32,000 bases of DNA, taken from positions 390,001 through 422,000 of the forward strand of contig NZ_PQWO01000001.1 of the NCBI RefSeq assembly GCF_003231495.1. Reading direction: 5' to 3'. Within the stretch, counting starts at the first letter, position 1. Each line of letters opens with the position of its first letter. The translations under genes were made by a program, and so were the position numbers. The notes beneath the pieces are model-generated. The model had not been told where the DNA came from. It saw nothing but the letters and a program-made list of their open reading frames with translations, and did no database searches. This DNA comes from Acaryochloris thomasi RCC1774 (GTDB lineage: Bacteria; Cyanobacteriota; Cyanobacteriia; Thermosynechococcales; Thermosynechococcaceae). Shown here piece after piece: positions 1-7,901 of this stretch.

Positions 1-650
1 CAGGTTTCATTAACCGAGCAATGGCAGACTCTGGCTTGTCTCTGGATCTTCCTCACCTCACGAAATTTAGAAAGTATACATTGATAAAACCAAAGTTTTT
101 ATTCTATGCGACTTACTTGTCAGAAAAAATTGGCTATTGGAAGTATATTCTTATTTTCCAGCACCTTGAAGATAGTCCTGAATTCATTATTCATCCTCTG
201 TTTAACTATTTTGACAACTGGTGTCAGGATGAAAGTCGGCATGGAGACTTCATGGGCTTAGTTATAAAATCTCAGGCCGATTGGCTCAATGGAACGATCA
301 GTCGCTTGCAGATTCGCCTATTCTTGCTCTTATTTGTCTTGACAACATACTTTAGCGGACAAAAGAGCAGCGACTTCTACAATATGATAGGAATGGACGT
401 AAAGGAATTTGATCTAAGCGTTCTCAAAAAAACGAATAAAGAGGCTTCCAAAGTTTTCCCTATTTATCTTGATTTAGAGCACCCTCAGTTTGTGATGCTT
501 TTAGATGCTTGCGTAACAAACAACAAAAAGCTAAGAAGTAAGAAAAAACTGATTGGCAAGCTGCCGTTTTATATTTTGAACTGCTTCAATATCTTGCGTA
601 TGTATTTCATTCCGATCAAGGAGTCCTTGCCGACGGGAACCGTCTGCTAG
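1..650 (+). CDS. acsF: Mg-protoporphyrin IX monomethyl ester oxidative cyclase (AcsF/ChlA family), C-terminal part; the 5' end lies outside the window
   Basis: The frame of ORF 21..650 stays open back to nt 3 (GFINRAM...), so the gene is cut by the window edge. The translation carries AcsF-family blocks: KPKFLFYATYLSEKIGYW and the di-iron motif region FDNWCQDESRHGDFMG. Stop is TAG at 648..650. The region is markedly AT-rich. Confidence 0.75.
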   Translation, partial: GFINRAMADSGLSLDLPHLTKFRKYTLIKPKFLFYATYLSEKIGYWKYILIFQHLEDSPEFIIHPLFNYFDNWCQDESRHGDFMGLVIKSQADWLNGTISRLQIRLFLLLFVLTTYFSGQKSSDFYNMIGMDVKEFDLSVLKKTNKEASKVFPIYLDLEHPQFVMLLDACVTNNKKLRSKKKLIGKLPFYILNCFNILRMYFIPIKESLPTGTVC

Positions 651-701
651 GAGAAGCCGTTTTCTCACAAGACTGACTTTTGCGGCGCTGCTCCAAGGCA
701 T

Positions 702-1104
702 CTAGGCCAAAAGTAGCGTTTCTGCGGCTGTAACATCAGCCATAATCTCGAAAGCAGTCACGACGGCAGTCGGCATGGCACGAGGTCGGCCCGTTTGAGC
801 ATCGGCAAAGACCCAATCTGTTTCTCCTGTTGCCAAAATGGCTTGGTCGGCAAGGCGAAAGAATCGATATTTCCGCTGGGCTCGGACCTTTCTTATCTCT
901 GCACACCAAGTCAAGATCGTAAGCTGCTCACCTTCATAAGCGGGCCGCAGATATTCAATTCGATGGGATCTTGCCACCCAGGTCGCACTCACTTCAGCCG
1001 TGGCCTGGGCACAGCCATTGCACATACTCAACATTATTGAGATGACTATTCTCATCAATGGCTGAGGCCGGCACCGTAATGTCGTAACGAAAGATAGCTG
1101 ACGT
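702..1104 (-). pseudogene. Hotdog-fold (4HBT/YbgC-like) acyl-CoA thioesterase, apparently frameshifted and lacking a start
   Basis: ORF 702..1058 (TTG start) encodes only the C-terminal half (WVARSHRIEYLRPAYEGEQLTILTW...GETDWVFADAQTGRPRAMP). The expected N-terminal half, TSAIFRYDITVPASAIDENSHLNNVEYVQW, is encoded at 1104..1015 in a different frame. That frame ends at TGA 996..994 and is preceded by an in-frame TGA at 1107..1105, with no ATG/GTG/TTG after it. The segment between QW and WVARSH also looks shorter than I recall for this family. Confidence 0.5.
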
Positions 1105-1232
1105 TCAGACTGTCCTCAAAAAGCTGATGGAGGTGATTTTACAAAACCCCGGCATCTTAACAGCTTTCTCCCTTAAAACAGATGCTATCTAGTGAGGTCA
1201 TTATTAGCACGCTAGCGAAGTCTTCCCGAGCG

Positions 1233-1736
1233 TTACTGCAGCGCAGCAGACCCGAATGTGGCATTGAATTTTCGGCACCAGATCGTTACAGATTGATATT
1301 CTGAAGCATCGATTTCTTGAGGAACAGGGTAGCTTTGGGCACCACTAAAGGCTTCTAAATCAGCAACATATACATAGTCGCCCTCTTTGAGAGGATAGGT
1401 AGGGGGTGTGGTCTCACCGACAACATCGGCTGATTTGTGAAGAACCACCACCAAGTCTGGCCCCTGTTCAGAGGTTTTGAATTCTTCACCTAGTTCTATC
1501 GTTGTTTGGCCCTCTTGCGTCACTAGCTTGACTGTCCCTGCGGTAGGGGCTTCTGCCGACACAAACGTTCCTGTTTTTTCCTCTTCAGCGGCAGGGGCAT
1601 CTGCAGCAGGCTGTTCGGTCGGGCTGGTCTCAGGAGCTGGCACGCTGGATACCTGCTCAGAAGTACAGGCCATCATCAGGAGGGAAGTTGCGATCGCAAA
1701 CCCAATAAATCCTTTACGCATAAGATGTTGGGCCAT
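1233..1736 (-). CDS. DM13-domain lipoprotein (secreted, function unknown)
   Basis: I trimmed the start to ATG 1736, which has GGAG 8 nt upstream (cagaGGAGtattgataATG). Signal peptide with lipobox: MRKGFIGFAIATSLLMMAC. DM13-like blocks: FKTSEQGPDLVVVLHKS and the C-terminal SVTIWCRKFNATFGSAAL. A Pro/Ala/Glu-rich linker follows the lipobox. Confidence 0.7.
   Translation of the reverse strand: MAQHLMRKGFIGFAIATSLLMMACTSEQVSSVPAPETSPTEQPAADAPAAEEEKTGTFVSAEAPTAGTVKLVTQEGQTTIELGEEFKTSEQGPDLVVVLHKSADVVGETTPPTYPLKEGDYVYVADLEAFSGAQSYPVPQEIDASEYQSVTIWCRKFNATFGSAALQ
1690..1697. repeat. HIP1 (highly iterated palindrome GCGATCGC), representative copy
   Basis: Exact copies start at 1690, 2622, 3575, 4106, 5404, 7228, 8803, 10304, 10800, 14977, 15140, 15333, 18855, 19758, 20996, 22541, 22948, 24539, 26855, 28587, 29266, 29989, 31412 and 31872. 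Confidence 0.95.
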
Positions 1737-1834
1737 TATCAATACTCCTCTGATATTTATATGCCTAAAACCGTGACTCAACCATAGTGTCATGAACCCA
1801 GCTTGCAAAACATCCGTAAAGAAATAGAAATGAA

Positions 1835-2731
1835 TCAGGTAGTAATAGACTGCTGCAGAAACTCAATAAACACCTTTACCTTCAGCGGCACATAAGTACG
1901 AGAAGGATAGACCAGCCAAGCAGCAGTCCTAAAGTCTGTTGCAGTCACCTCATAGTCTGGAAATACATCGATCAGCGTTCCTGATCGGAAGTCTTCGTCA
2001 ATAAGCCAATTTGGAAGCAGGGCAAGTCCCATCCCAGAGAGAGCACATTGCTGAAGCGCAGTCATATTGGAAATCGTGAGGGTACCATTCACTGGAATTT
2101 CGCTGAGATTACGGGCCTGATCTTTGAAAATCCATCGAGTTTGAAATCCTGCCAATGGGAACCGCAGACAGTTGTGCTCCTTTACGTCTTTGGGCAGCTT
2201 GAGAGGGGTAGACTGTCTCAAATAGTCAGGACTAGCGCAAACCCGATAGTGAGTTTGCATCAGGTGCTGGGCGATTAAAGTCGAGTCCTCCAAAATTCCC
2301 AAGCGCACTGCGAGATCTATGCGTTCAGCGATCAAATCTACAATCGCATCAGTGAGCATCAGATCGATAGTGAGATCAGGATACAGGGCGGCAAAATCAG
2401 GCAGCAGCGGCACAATACACTTGAGACCAAATGGCACTGAAGCCGTCACTCTGAGTGTGCCTCGAAGCTGGCCCGACACGTCCGTAGCAATATCTTTTGC
2501 CCGCTGGATTTCCTCAACAAGAGGCTCAATTTGTACAAAATACATTGTTCCAGCTTCGGTCGGGGAAAGCTTGCGAGTTGTCCGCTGAAACAGTCGAATG
2601 CCTAGCTCTTTTTCTAGAGTTGCGATCGCACGTGAAACCGAAGACGGGTCAATATTGCGATCACGAGCAACCGCAGCAAAACTGCCCTGTCGCATCACCT
2701 CTATAAATAGCTGCAGCACGGATAAGTCCAT
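1835..2731 (-). CDS. LysR-family transcriptional regulator
   Basis: 298 aa. N-terminal wHTH: LQLFIEVMRQGSFAAVARDRNIDPSSVSRAIATLEKELGIRLFQRTTRKLSPTEAG. It has a LysR substrate-binding-type C-terminal domain and is divergent from the 2862..4165 gene pair. Confidence 0.9.
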   Translation of the reverse strand: MDLSVLQLFIEVMRQGSFAAVARDRNIDPSSVSRAIATLEKELGIRLFQRTTRKLSPTEAGTMYFVQIEPLVEEIQRAKDIATDVSGQLRGTLRVTASVPFGLKCIVPLLPDFAALYPDLTIDLMLTDAIVDLIAERIDLAVRLGILEDSTLIAQHLMQTHYRVCASPDYLRQSTPLKLPKDVKEHNCLRFPLAGFQTRWIFKDQARNLSEIPVNGTLTISNMTALQQCALSGMGLALLPNWLIDEDFRSGTLIDVFPDYEVTATDFRTAAWLVYPSRTYVPLKVKVFIEFLQQSITT

Positions 2732-2739
2732 GGCTGAAT

Positions 2740-2753
2740 TATAGAAGCTCTAT
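2740..2753. promoter_or_regulatory. Candidate LysR-type T-N11-A box within the dyad ATAG-N5-CTAT
   Basis: T2740-N11-A2752 overlaps the inverted repeat ATAGaagctCTAT (2741..2753) in the 130-bp divergent intergenic region between the LysR gene and the SnoaL-like gene. This is a pattern match only. Confidence 0.25.
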
Positions 2754-2861
2754 TCGTGCAGTTAACGCATGAGTGTTGTTCATCAGAATCTATTTATTCC
2801 CTATATCGCAGCAAGTATGCTCATGTCATTGAGCGACAACTGAGTACAAGGAGATACGCAC

Positions 2862-3236
2862 ATGCAAGAACAAGAAGCCACGATTCTCAAAGCTGCGAAG
2901 CAAGCCAGCGAACAATGGAAAGGGGCATTTAATGCTGGCGATGCCGCAGGGTGTGCAGCCCAGTATGAGAATAATGCGGTGATGCAGGCGAAACCCTTCG
3001 GAACTTTTACAGGAACGGCTGAGATTCAAGCCTTTTGGCAAAAGCTAATTGATGATGGCTTTACAAATGTCGAGTACCTAAATCCTCAGATAACGGTTGT
3101 TGATCAAAGCAGCGCCATCTTGACCTCGCGTTGGCAAATGAATAAAGCCAGCGGTGTAATTCATAAAGAGCTGTGGGTTTTGAAAGCAGACGGAACAGCA
3201 AAATTACGGACGGATGAATTTGAAGCCATCAATTAG
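2862..3236 (+). CDS. SnoaL/NTF2-like (DUF4440-like) small protein
   Basis: 124 aa with a good SD (caAGGAGatacgcacATG). The pattern W..AFNAGDAAG.A..Y...AV, followed by a cone-shaped alpha+beta type sequence, is typical of ketosteroid-isomerase/SnoaL-like folds. Confidence 0.6.
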   Translation: MQEQEATILKAAKQASEQWKGAFNAGDAAGCAAQYENNAVMQAKPFGTFTGTAEIQAFWQKLIDDGFTNVEYLNPQITVVDQSSAILTSRWQMNKASGVIHKELWVLKADGTAKLRTDEFEAIN

Positions 3237-3301
3237 CCAAGAGTTATCCGGCACATGGCCAGAACATCGCAGACCTTGAATTTTGTAATTGGAGATCAAA
3301 T

Positions 3302-4165
3302 ATGAAAACGATTGCTGTTTTGGGGTTAGGAGCAATGGGTTCTCGCATTGCCCAAAATTTACTTAAGGCTGGACATCAGGTTGTCGTCTACAACCGCACC
3401 GCAGAGAAGGTGCAGCCCTTACTGAACCTAGGGGCCGTTTCTGCCTCAACACCTCGGGAAGCAGCGGGGCAGTCTGATGTTGTCATCAGTATGGTGAGAG
3501 ATGACGAAGCATCTCGTGCTGTTTGGCTCAGTCCCGACACAGGCGCAGTAATGGGATTGAAGAAGGATGGGGTTGCGATCGCATCTAGCACCCTCACCGT
3601 TAACTGGACCAAAGAATTAGCCACAGAAGTAGCGCATCGCGGAGCCACATTCCTTGATGCACCTGTCGTTGGCTCTCGACCTCAGGCAGAAGCTGGGAAG
3701 CTCATCTCTCTAGTCGGGGGTGAGACAGCTACGCTAGCAAAGGTTCGAGATATTCTAGAATCTACCAGTAGCGCGATTCATCATGTCGGTGAGATCGGTC
3801 AGGGTATGGCGATGAAGCTGGCCGTGAATGCACTCTTCGGGATTCAAGTCGCAGCCTTCGCGGAAGTCATCGGAATACTCAGTAAGCATGGCCTGACAAC
3901 GGCAAAGGCAATGGAGTGCATAGGTGAGCTACCAATTACTAGCCCAGCGGCCAGGGGAGCAGGATGCTTAATGGTTGCCAATCAACATGCACCGATGTTC
4001 CCAATTGAGCTAGTAGAGAAGGATTTTCAATATGTTCTGGAGATGGCTCAGGCTGTAGAGGGTGCCAGTCCAGTGGTGACGGCGGTGCGTGAGGTTTATG
4101 GGGATGCGATCGCAAAGGGGCACGGTGACAAAAATATTACGGGCGTTGTTCAGCTTTTCGTTTAG
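3302..4165 (+). CDS. NAD(P)-dependent oxidoreductase, 3-hydroxyisobutyrate/beta-hydroxyacid dehydrogenase family
   Basis: 287 aa. N-terminal Rossmann motif MKTIAVLGLGAMGSRIAQNLLKAGHQVVVYNRT. Family blocks: FLDAPVVGS...AEAGKL and GQGMAMKLAVN. Confidence 0.85.
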   Translation: MKTIAVLGLGAMGSRIAQNLLKAGHQVVVYNRTAEKVQPLLNLGAVSASTPREAAGQSDVVISMVRDDEASRAVWLSPDTGAVMGLKKDGVAIASSTLTVNWTKELATEVAHRGATFLDAPVVGSRPQAEAGKLISLVGGETATLAKVRDILESTSSAIHHVGEIGQGMAMKLAVNALFGIQVAAFAEVIGILSKHGLTTAKAMECIGELPITSPAARGAGCLMVANQHAPMFPIELVEKDFQYVLEMAQAVEGASPVVTAVREVYGDAIAKGHGDKNITGVVQLFV

Positions 4166-4169
4166 ATAT

Positions 4170-4361
4170 CTATGCTGATACATCCTCACCGCAGATCTTT
4201 TTCAGAGAGCCATCCTTCAAGTTAGCTTGAACTTCTTCCATCGTGTCTCCCTCCGTGATGCAGCCAGGGAGGGCAGGTACCTTTGCCCAGACACCACTTT
4301 CTTCCGCTGGATGAATAACTGCATTGATCTTTATGAAGTTCTCGAAGTGATCATTCGACCT
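4170..4361 (-). pseudogene. HicB-like (UPF0150) antitoxin remnant
   Basis: An unlisted open frame runs 4361..4173 (stop TAG 4172..4170, upstream in-frame TGA 4364..4362). It reads RSNDHFENFIKINAVIHPAEESGVWAKVPALPGCITEGDTMEEVQANLKDGSLKKICGEDVSA. The core (V..P.eeGg.wa.VPaLPGC.teGdT.EE...N.k) matches the HicB N-terminal domain. There is no ATG/GTG/TTG before the conserved core, and the C-terminal helix region is replaced or truncated. No HicA-like ORF is adjacent. Confidence 0.45.
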
Positions 4362-4380
4362 TCATGCGAGCAACTCTAGC

Positions 4381-4433
4381 GAAACAGAAAAATACCGAGT
4401 TGTATTGTCCAGAAGGCTTATCAACTCGGTATT
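4381..4433 (-). terminator. Rho-independent terminator of htpG
   Basis: A 12-bp perfect stem, AATACCGAGTTG (4391..4402) with CAACTCGGTATT (4422..4433), has a 19-nt loop. On the minus strand it is followed by TTTTTCTGTTTC. It starts 32 nt downstream of the htpG stop. Confidence 0.6.
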
Positions 4434-4464
4434 CAATTATTTCCCAAATATACAGCAGACGATC

Positions 4465-6423
4465 TTAGTGAGCCGCTAGCTCCGTCAAGCGCGTCAGCAC
4501 CTTATTCGATCGCTCTGTAAATGACTTCATGCCCTCAGCATCAAAGCCCCGCTGAGCCATCAGCGCCAAGTCATAAACATGCTGACAAATATCATTTGCC
4601 AACTCACCCGATTGAGACTGACCATCGGCCTGAACAATGCTGCCCTGGCTGAGCGAAGCCAAATTCTGAATTAGTGGGTGGGCCGTATTCACCAACAGCG
4701 TATGCTCCGTCGGGAACTGAACATTTTGCTGCTGCATCATCGCCATCATCTCCTGCATTCGGCGAGCTGATTCAGGCAGCAGAACCATTGCAGGGGGAGC
4801 ACTCTGCTGATCGGTTGACTTCAATGCCTCCGTTCGAATCGTTAGACTGGGCTTCTCTAAGCACGTCTCAAACAGCGATTTAATCGTATCTGTCCGAGTT
4901 TGATTGGTGGTCGGATCAACAATTTCAGCTTCAGTACTCTTATCGATCAGCGTTTCGTCTAGCTCAGAATCCACCCGCAGGAACTTCACATCCGTATATT
5001 CCTTTTCCAGGAATGAGGTGAAGTGAGTATCAATAAAGGCATCCAGGAACAGCACCTCTAAGCCCTGACTCTTGTGCAGTTCAACGTAAGTGGCCTGATT
5101 CGCCTCATCGTTGCAGTAATAGACTCGGTTCTCATGACGCTCTTTATTGCGCTCTAAATATTCTTTGAGCGTTGTGTAGGAAGGACCACCAGATGCCTCT
5201 TCTTTCCAGGCATCATCTTCGCCTTCACTCTCAGACGTTGCAGGGGCCGCTGGGGCTAACTCAGCCGTGGTTCGGTAGACGAGAATGTCTTCAACCTGTT
5301 GCTTAAACTTGTCGTTGTTAATCGCGCCGAACTTAACGAAGGTGCCGACATCTTGCCAACTGCTGATGTACTGCTTGCGATCGTCGCGGTAGAGTTCCTT
5401 GAGGCGATCGCCCACCTTTTTGGCAATGTAGTCCGAGATCCGACGAACGGTGCGGTCATTCTGCAAGAAGCTCCGCGACACATTCAGCGGAATATCGCTG
5501 CTGTCAATCACGCCCCGCAGCGGCATCAAAAACTGAGGAATCACCTCTTCACAGTTGTCGCTAACGAAAACCTGATTGCAGAACAGCTTGATCTGGCCCT
5601 TCGTGACATCAATGTCTGGCTTTAGCTTCGGGAAGTAGAGAATCCCGTTGACGATGAAGGGATAGTCAGTATTGAGGTGAACCCAAAGCAGCGGCTCTTC
5701 TTCAAAAGGGTAGAGGTATTTGTAGAACTCAAGGTAATCCTCTTTTGTGAGGTTGCTAGGCGACTCCTTCCAGGGAGCCTTTTGCTGATTGATTTGCTCA
5801 TCACCCAGCTTAATAGGGACAGGCAAAAAGTCGCAGTAGGTCTTGATCAGTTGCTTGACCCGCGCCTCTTCGAGGTATTCAGCCTCTTCTTCCTGGAGCG
5901 TGAGTCGAATAGTGGTGCCGCGCTCTGTCTTTTCACTGCTGTCGATCTGAAACTCAGTGCTGCCGTCGCAAGACCAGTGAACAGCTTCAGCGCCTTCCTT
6001 GTAGGAAAGGGTTTCAATCTCGACCTGAGACGCCACCATAAATGAGGAGTAAAAGCCTAAGCCGAAGTGACCAATGATCGCCTGATCACCAGCGGACTTA
6101 TATTTCTCGACGAACTCCTCAGCACTGGAGAAGGCCACTTGGTTGATGTACTTCTTAACTTCATCAGCGGTCATGCCGATTCCGTTATCGGTAATCGAAA
6201 TTTGCTTCTTGTCTTTATCAATCGCTAAGACGATCTCAGGCTCTTCCAAATTGCCGGAAAACTCATCCGACATTGAGACCATTCTCATCTTCTGGATCGC
6301 GTCTACCCCATTAGAGATAAGCTCCCGCAGGAAGATCTCGTGATCCGAGTACAGCCACTTCTTGATAATCGGGAAGATATTCTCGGTATGGATCGAGATT
6401 TTGCCCTGTTCCAGCGTTGTCAT
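4465..6423 (-). CDS. htpG: Molecular chaperone HtpG (Hsp90)
   Basis: 652 aa. N-terminal GHKL ATPase motifs: IFLRELISNGVDA, ITDNGIGMT and GHFGLGFYSSFMV. Full-length Hsp90 architecture. Confidence 0.97.
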   Translation of the reverse strand: MTTLEQGKISIHTENIFPIIKKWLYSDHEIFLRELISNGVDAIQKMRMVSMSDEFSGNLEEPEIVLAIDKDKKQISITDNGIGMTADEVKKYINQVAFSSAEEFVEKYKSAGDQAIIGHFGLGFYSSFMVASQVEIETLSYKEGAEAVHWSCDGSTEFQIDSSEKTERGTTIRLTLQEEEAEYLEEARVKQLIKTYCDFLPVPIKLGDEQINQQKAPWKESPSNLTKEDYLEFYKYLYPFEEEPLLWVHLNTDYPFIVNGILYFPKLKPDIDVTKGQIKLFCNQVFVSDNCEEVIPQFLMPLRGVIDSSDIPLNVSRSFLQNDRTVRRISDYIAKKVGDRLKELYRDDRKQYISSWQDVGTFVKFGAINNDKFKQQVEDILVYRTTAELAPAAPATSESEGEDDAWKEEASGGPSYTTLKEYLERNKERHENRVYYCNDEANQATYVELHKSQGLEVLFLDAFIDTHFTSFLEKEYTDVKFLRVDSELDETLIDKSTEAEIVDPTTNQTRTDTIKSLFETCLEKPSLTIRTEALKSTDQQSAPPAMVLLPESARRMQEMMAMMQQQNVQFPTEHTLLVNTAHPLIQNLASLSQGSIVQADGQSQSGELANDICQHVYDLALMAQRGFDAEGMKSFTERSNKVLTRLTELAAH

Positions 6424-6685
6424 AGCGGTAATGTTAGTTTCAAGCTCAGTTACTTAAGATCATGCGATGTTTTCGGCTATTCAGCTAGCGCCAACTGAGG
6501 TGAAATAGCCGTCACAATCCGATTCGGTTTTCCTCACTCTAGGACGAGATGAACTTTGCTGCTGCATCCTGTGGCAGTTGAGCAAGCAGTCTGTACTTGT
6601 GCCGTGCAAGTCAGATCTACTCCCTTGAAAACTCAGGACTGCGATTGACAGACATGCGTAGACTCTCACGCTGGTTTTGTCTCTA

Positions 6686-6714
6686 TAGCCACGCTGGGTT
6701 TATTGAACGCTCAG
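6686..6714. repeat. Copy 1 of a shared 29-nt intergenic motif (TAGCCA-N10-TATTGAACGCTCAG)
   Basis: TAGCCAcgctgggtTTATTGAACGCTCAG. It matches 29109..29137 ungapped at 22 of 29 positions, with a 6-mer and a 14-mer block identical at identical spacing. Both copies are intergenic. Confidence 0.35.
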
Positions 6715-6857
6715 CCTTCTATGCCTCCGTCTTGGACACACGCATAGGGGTGATTCAGCCACAATAGTCGTTCGATGGGAGAGCCGTATTTTCCAAGATT
6801 GCTTGATGAGAGGGCCGCACGAACTTCTAACACTGAGGTATGTGAAGGCTTTCAAAC

Positions 6858-7667
6858 TTAGCCTGCGCTCCTAGAAATTTGTCCACCACTGCAGTTCTCA
6901 GCAATTGAGAAAGGAACGGTCTTGGTGAATTTACCAAGACTCCCTGGTTCTTGAACTTCGATGTGTAAATGAGGGGCTGTACTAAAGCCTGAGTTGCCGC
7001 TATAGCCGATTAGCTGGCCGGCCTTGACCCAGCTCCCCTCCCTAAGAGCAACTTTGCGGCCAAAGCCCTGCTGCAAATGGAGATAGGCAGAGCGATGACC
7101 ATCTGCATGCTCAATCCAAATATAGTTAAACTTGCTGATCTTGCTTCTGCCGCCGCCGTCGTCAGGGTAGCGATCCTCTCGGGCAATCACGCGCCCCCGA
7201 TTCATTGCGTAGACCGGAGAACCAATTGCGATCGCAAGATCATAGGCAAACTCAGTACGACCTCTATGAGTACCGCTGCGAATCCCTTGAGAGAGATAGC
7301 CACTCCCCTTAAGCGGATGACAAAAGCCCTGGAGAGGGGACGCCATCGTTGGCTCGAGCTGAGCAACAGGCGTCGGGCTGCGGTAATTTCTGGAAGCCTG
7401 GTGCTTTTGAGGAGGGTAAAAATCTGCAGAGCCAGTGCCCCCAAGACCTGCCTGCAAAACGCTACGCCCATCTTGGGGGAGGCAAAGGAGCGTGATGACG
7501 GACAAACCAGTCAGTAGGATTGTTGTGCATCGTTTTCGGCACAAGAAGCGCTTGGATGTAAGGTCTGAGCGAGCCTGAGTCTTGGGGAAATTCCACCAGG
7601 AGCGCTTTCTGAGAATGTGGTGCGATAAAAGAGGGTTTTTCCTGTGGCGTGACGGCTTGTTTTTCAT
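6858..7667 (-). CDS. M23-family (LytM-like) metallopeptidase
   Basis: C-terminal M23 domain: GSPVYAMNRGRVI, HRSAYLHL, GQLIGYSGNSGFSTAPHLHIEV (HxH motif). The basic N-terminus is followed by a hydrophobic signal/TM segment, TTILLTGLSVITLLCLP. The exact start is uncertain because there is no clear SD. Confidence 0.85.
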   Translation of the reverse strand: MKNKPSRHRKNPLLSHHILRKRSWWNFPKTQARSDLTSKRFLCRKRCTTILLTGLSVITLLCLPQDGRSVLQAGLGGTGSADFYPPQKHQASRNYRSPTPVAQLEPTMASPLQGFCHPLKGSGYLSQGIRSGTHRGRTEFAYDLAIAIGSPVYAMNRGRVIAREDRYPDDGGGRSKISKFNYIWIEHADGHRSAYLHLQQGFGRKVALREGSWVKAGQLIGYSGNSGFSTAPHLHIEVQEPGSLGKFTKTVPFSIAENCSGGQISRSAG

Positions 7668-7713
7668 GCAGGCGGGGGACTCGTCAAGGAATGTAAAGTT
7701 AGAATAAATACTT

Positions 7714-7752
7714 AAACGCTGTCTTCTCTGTATGATTTGATACAGCGTTTTT
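7714..7752 (-). terminator. Candidate terminator hairpin between smc and the M23 peptidase gene
   Basis: AAACGCTGT (7714..7722) pairs with ACAGCGTTT (7742..7750). An alternative inner hairpin is CTGTAT (7728..7733) with ATACAG (7740..7745). A T5 run follows on the plus strand, and only a weak T-rich tail follows on the minus strand. It lies about 150 nt downstream of the smc stop. Confidence 0.35.
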
Positions 7753-7901
7753 AGTCAAAGTAGCTTTATCTCTCTCAAAAAATAAATTTGATATTCCGAT
7801 CACCAGATACGGCAAGGGGTCAGGCGATCAATCACTTAAGATCGTATCGCCCTGAGTTTCTTTGTAGAAATTAGTAGAACTCTTCGGTTTGGGGATCCCG
7901 A

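Noticed and set aside
6481-6669. A 62-aa ORF on the minus strand in the htpG upstream region.
   Set aside because: It has no SD and a Cys/Ser/Arg-rich composition with no recognisable family, and it lies in a likely leader or promoter region. I treat it as a chance ORF.
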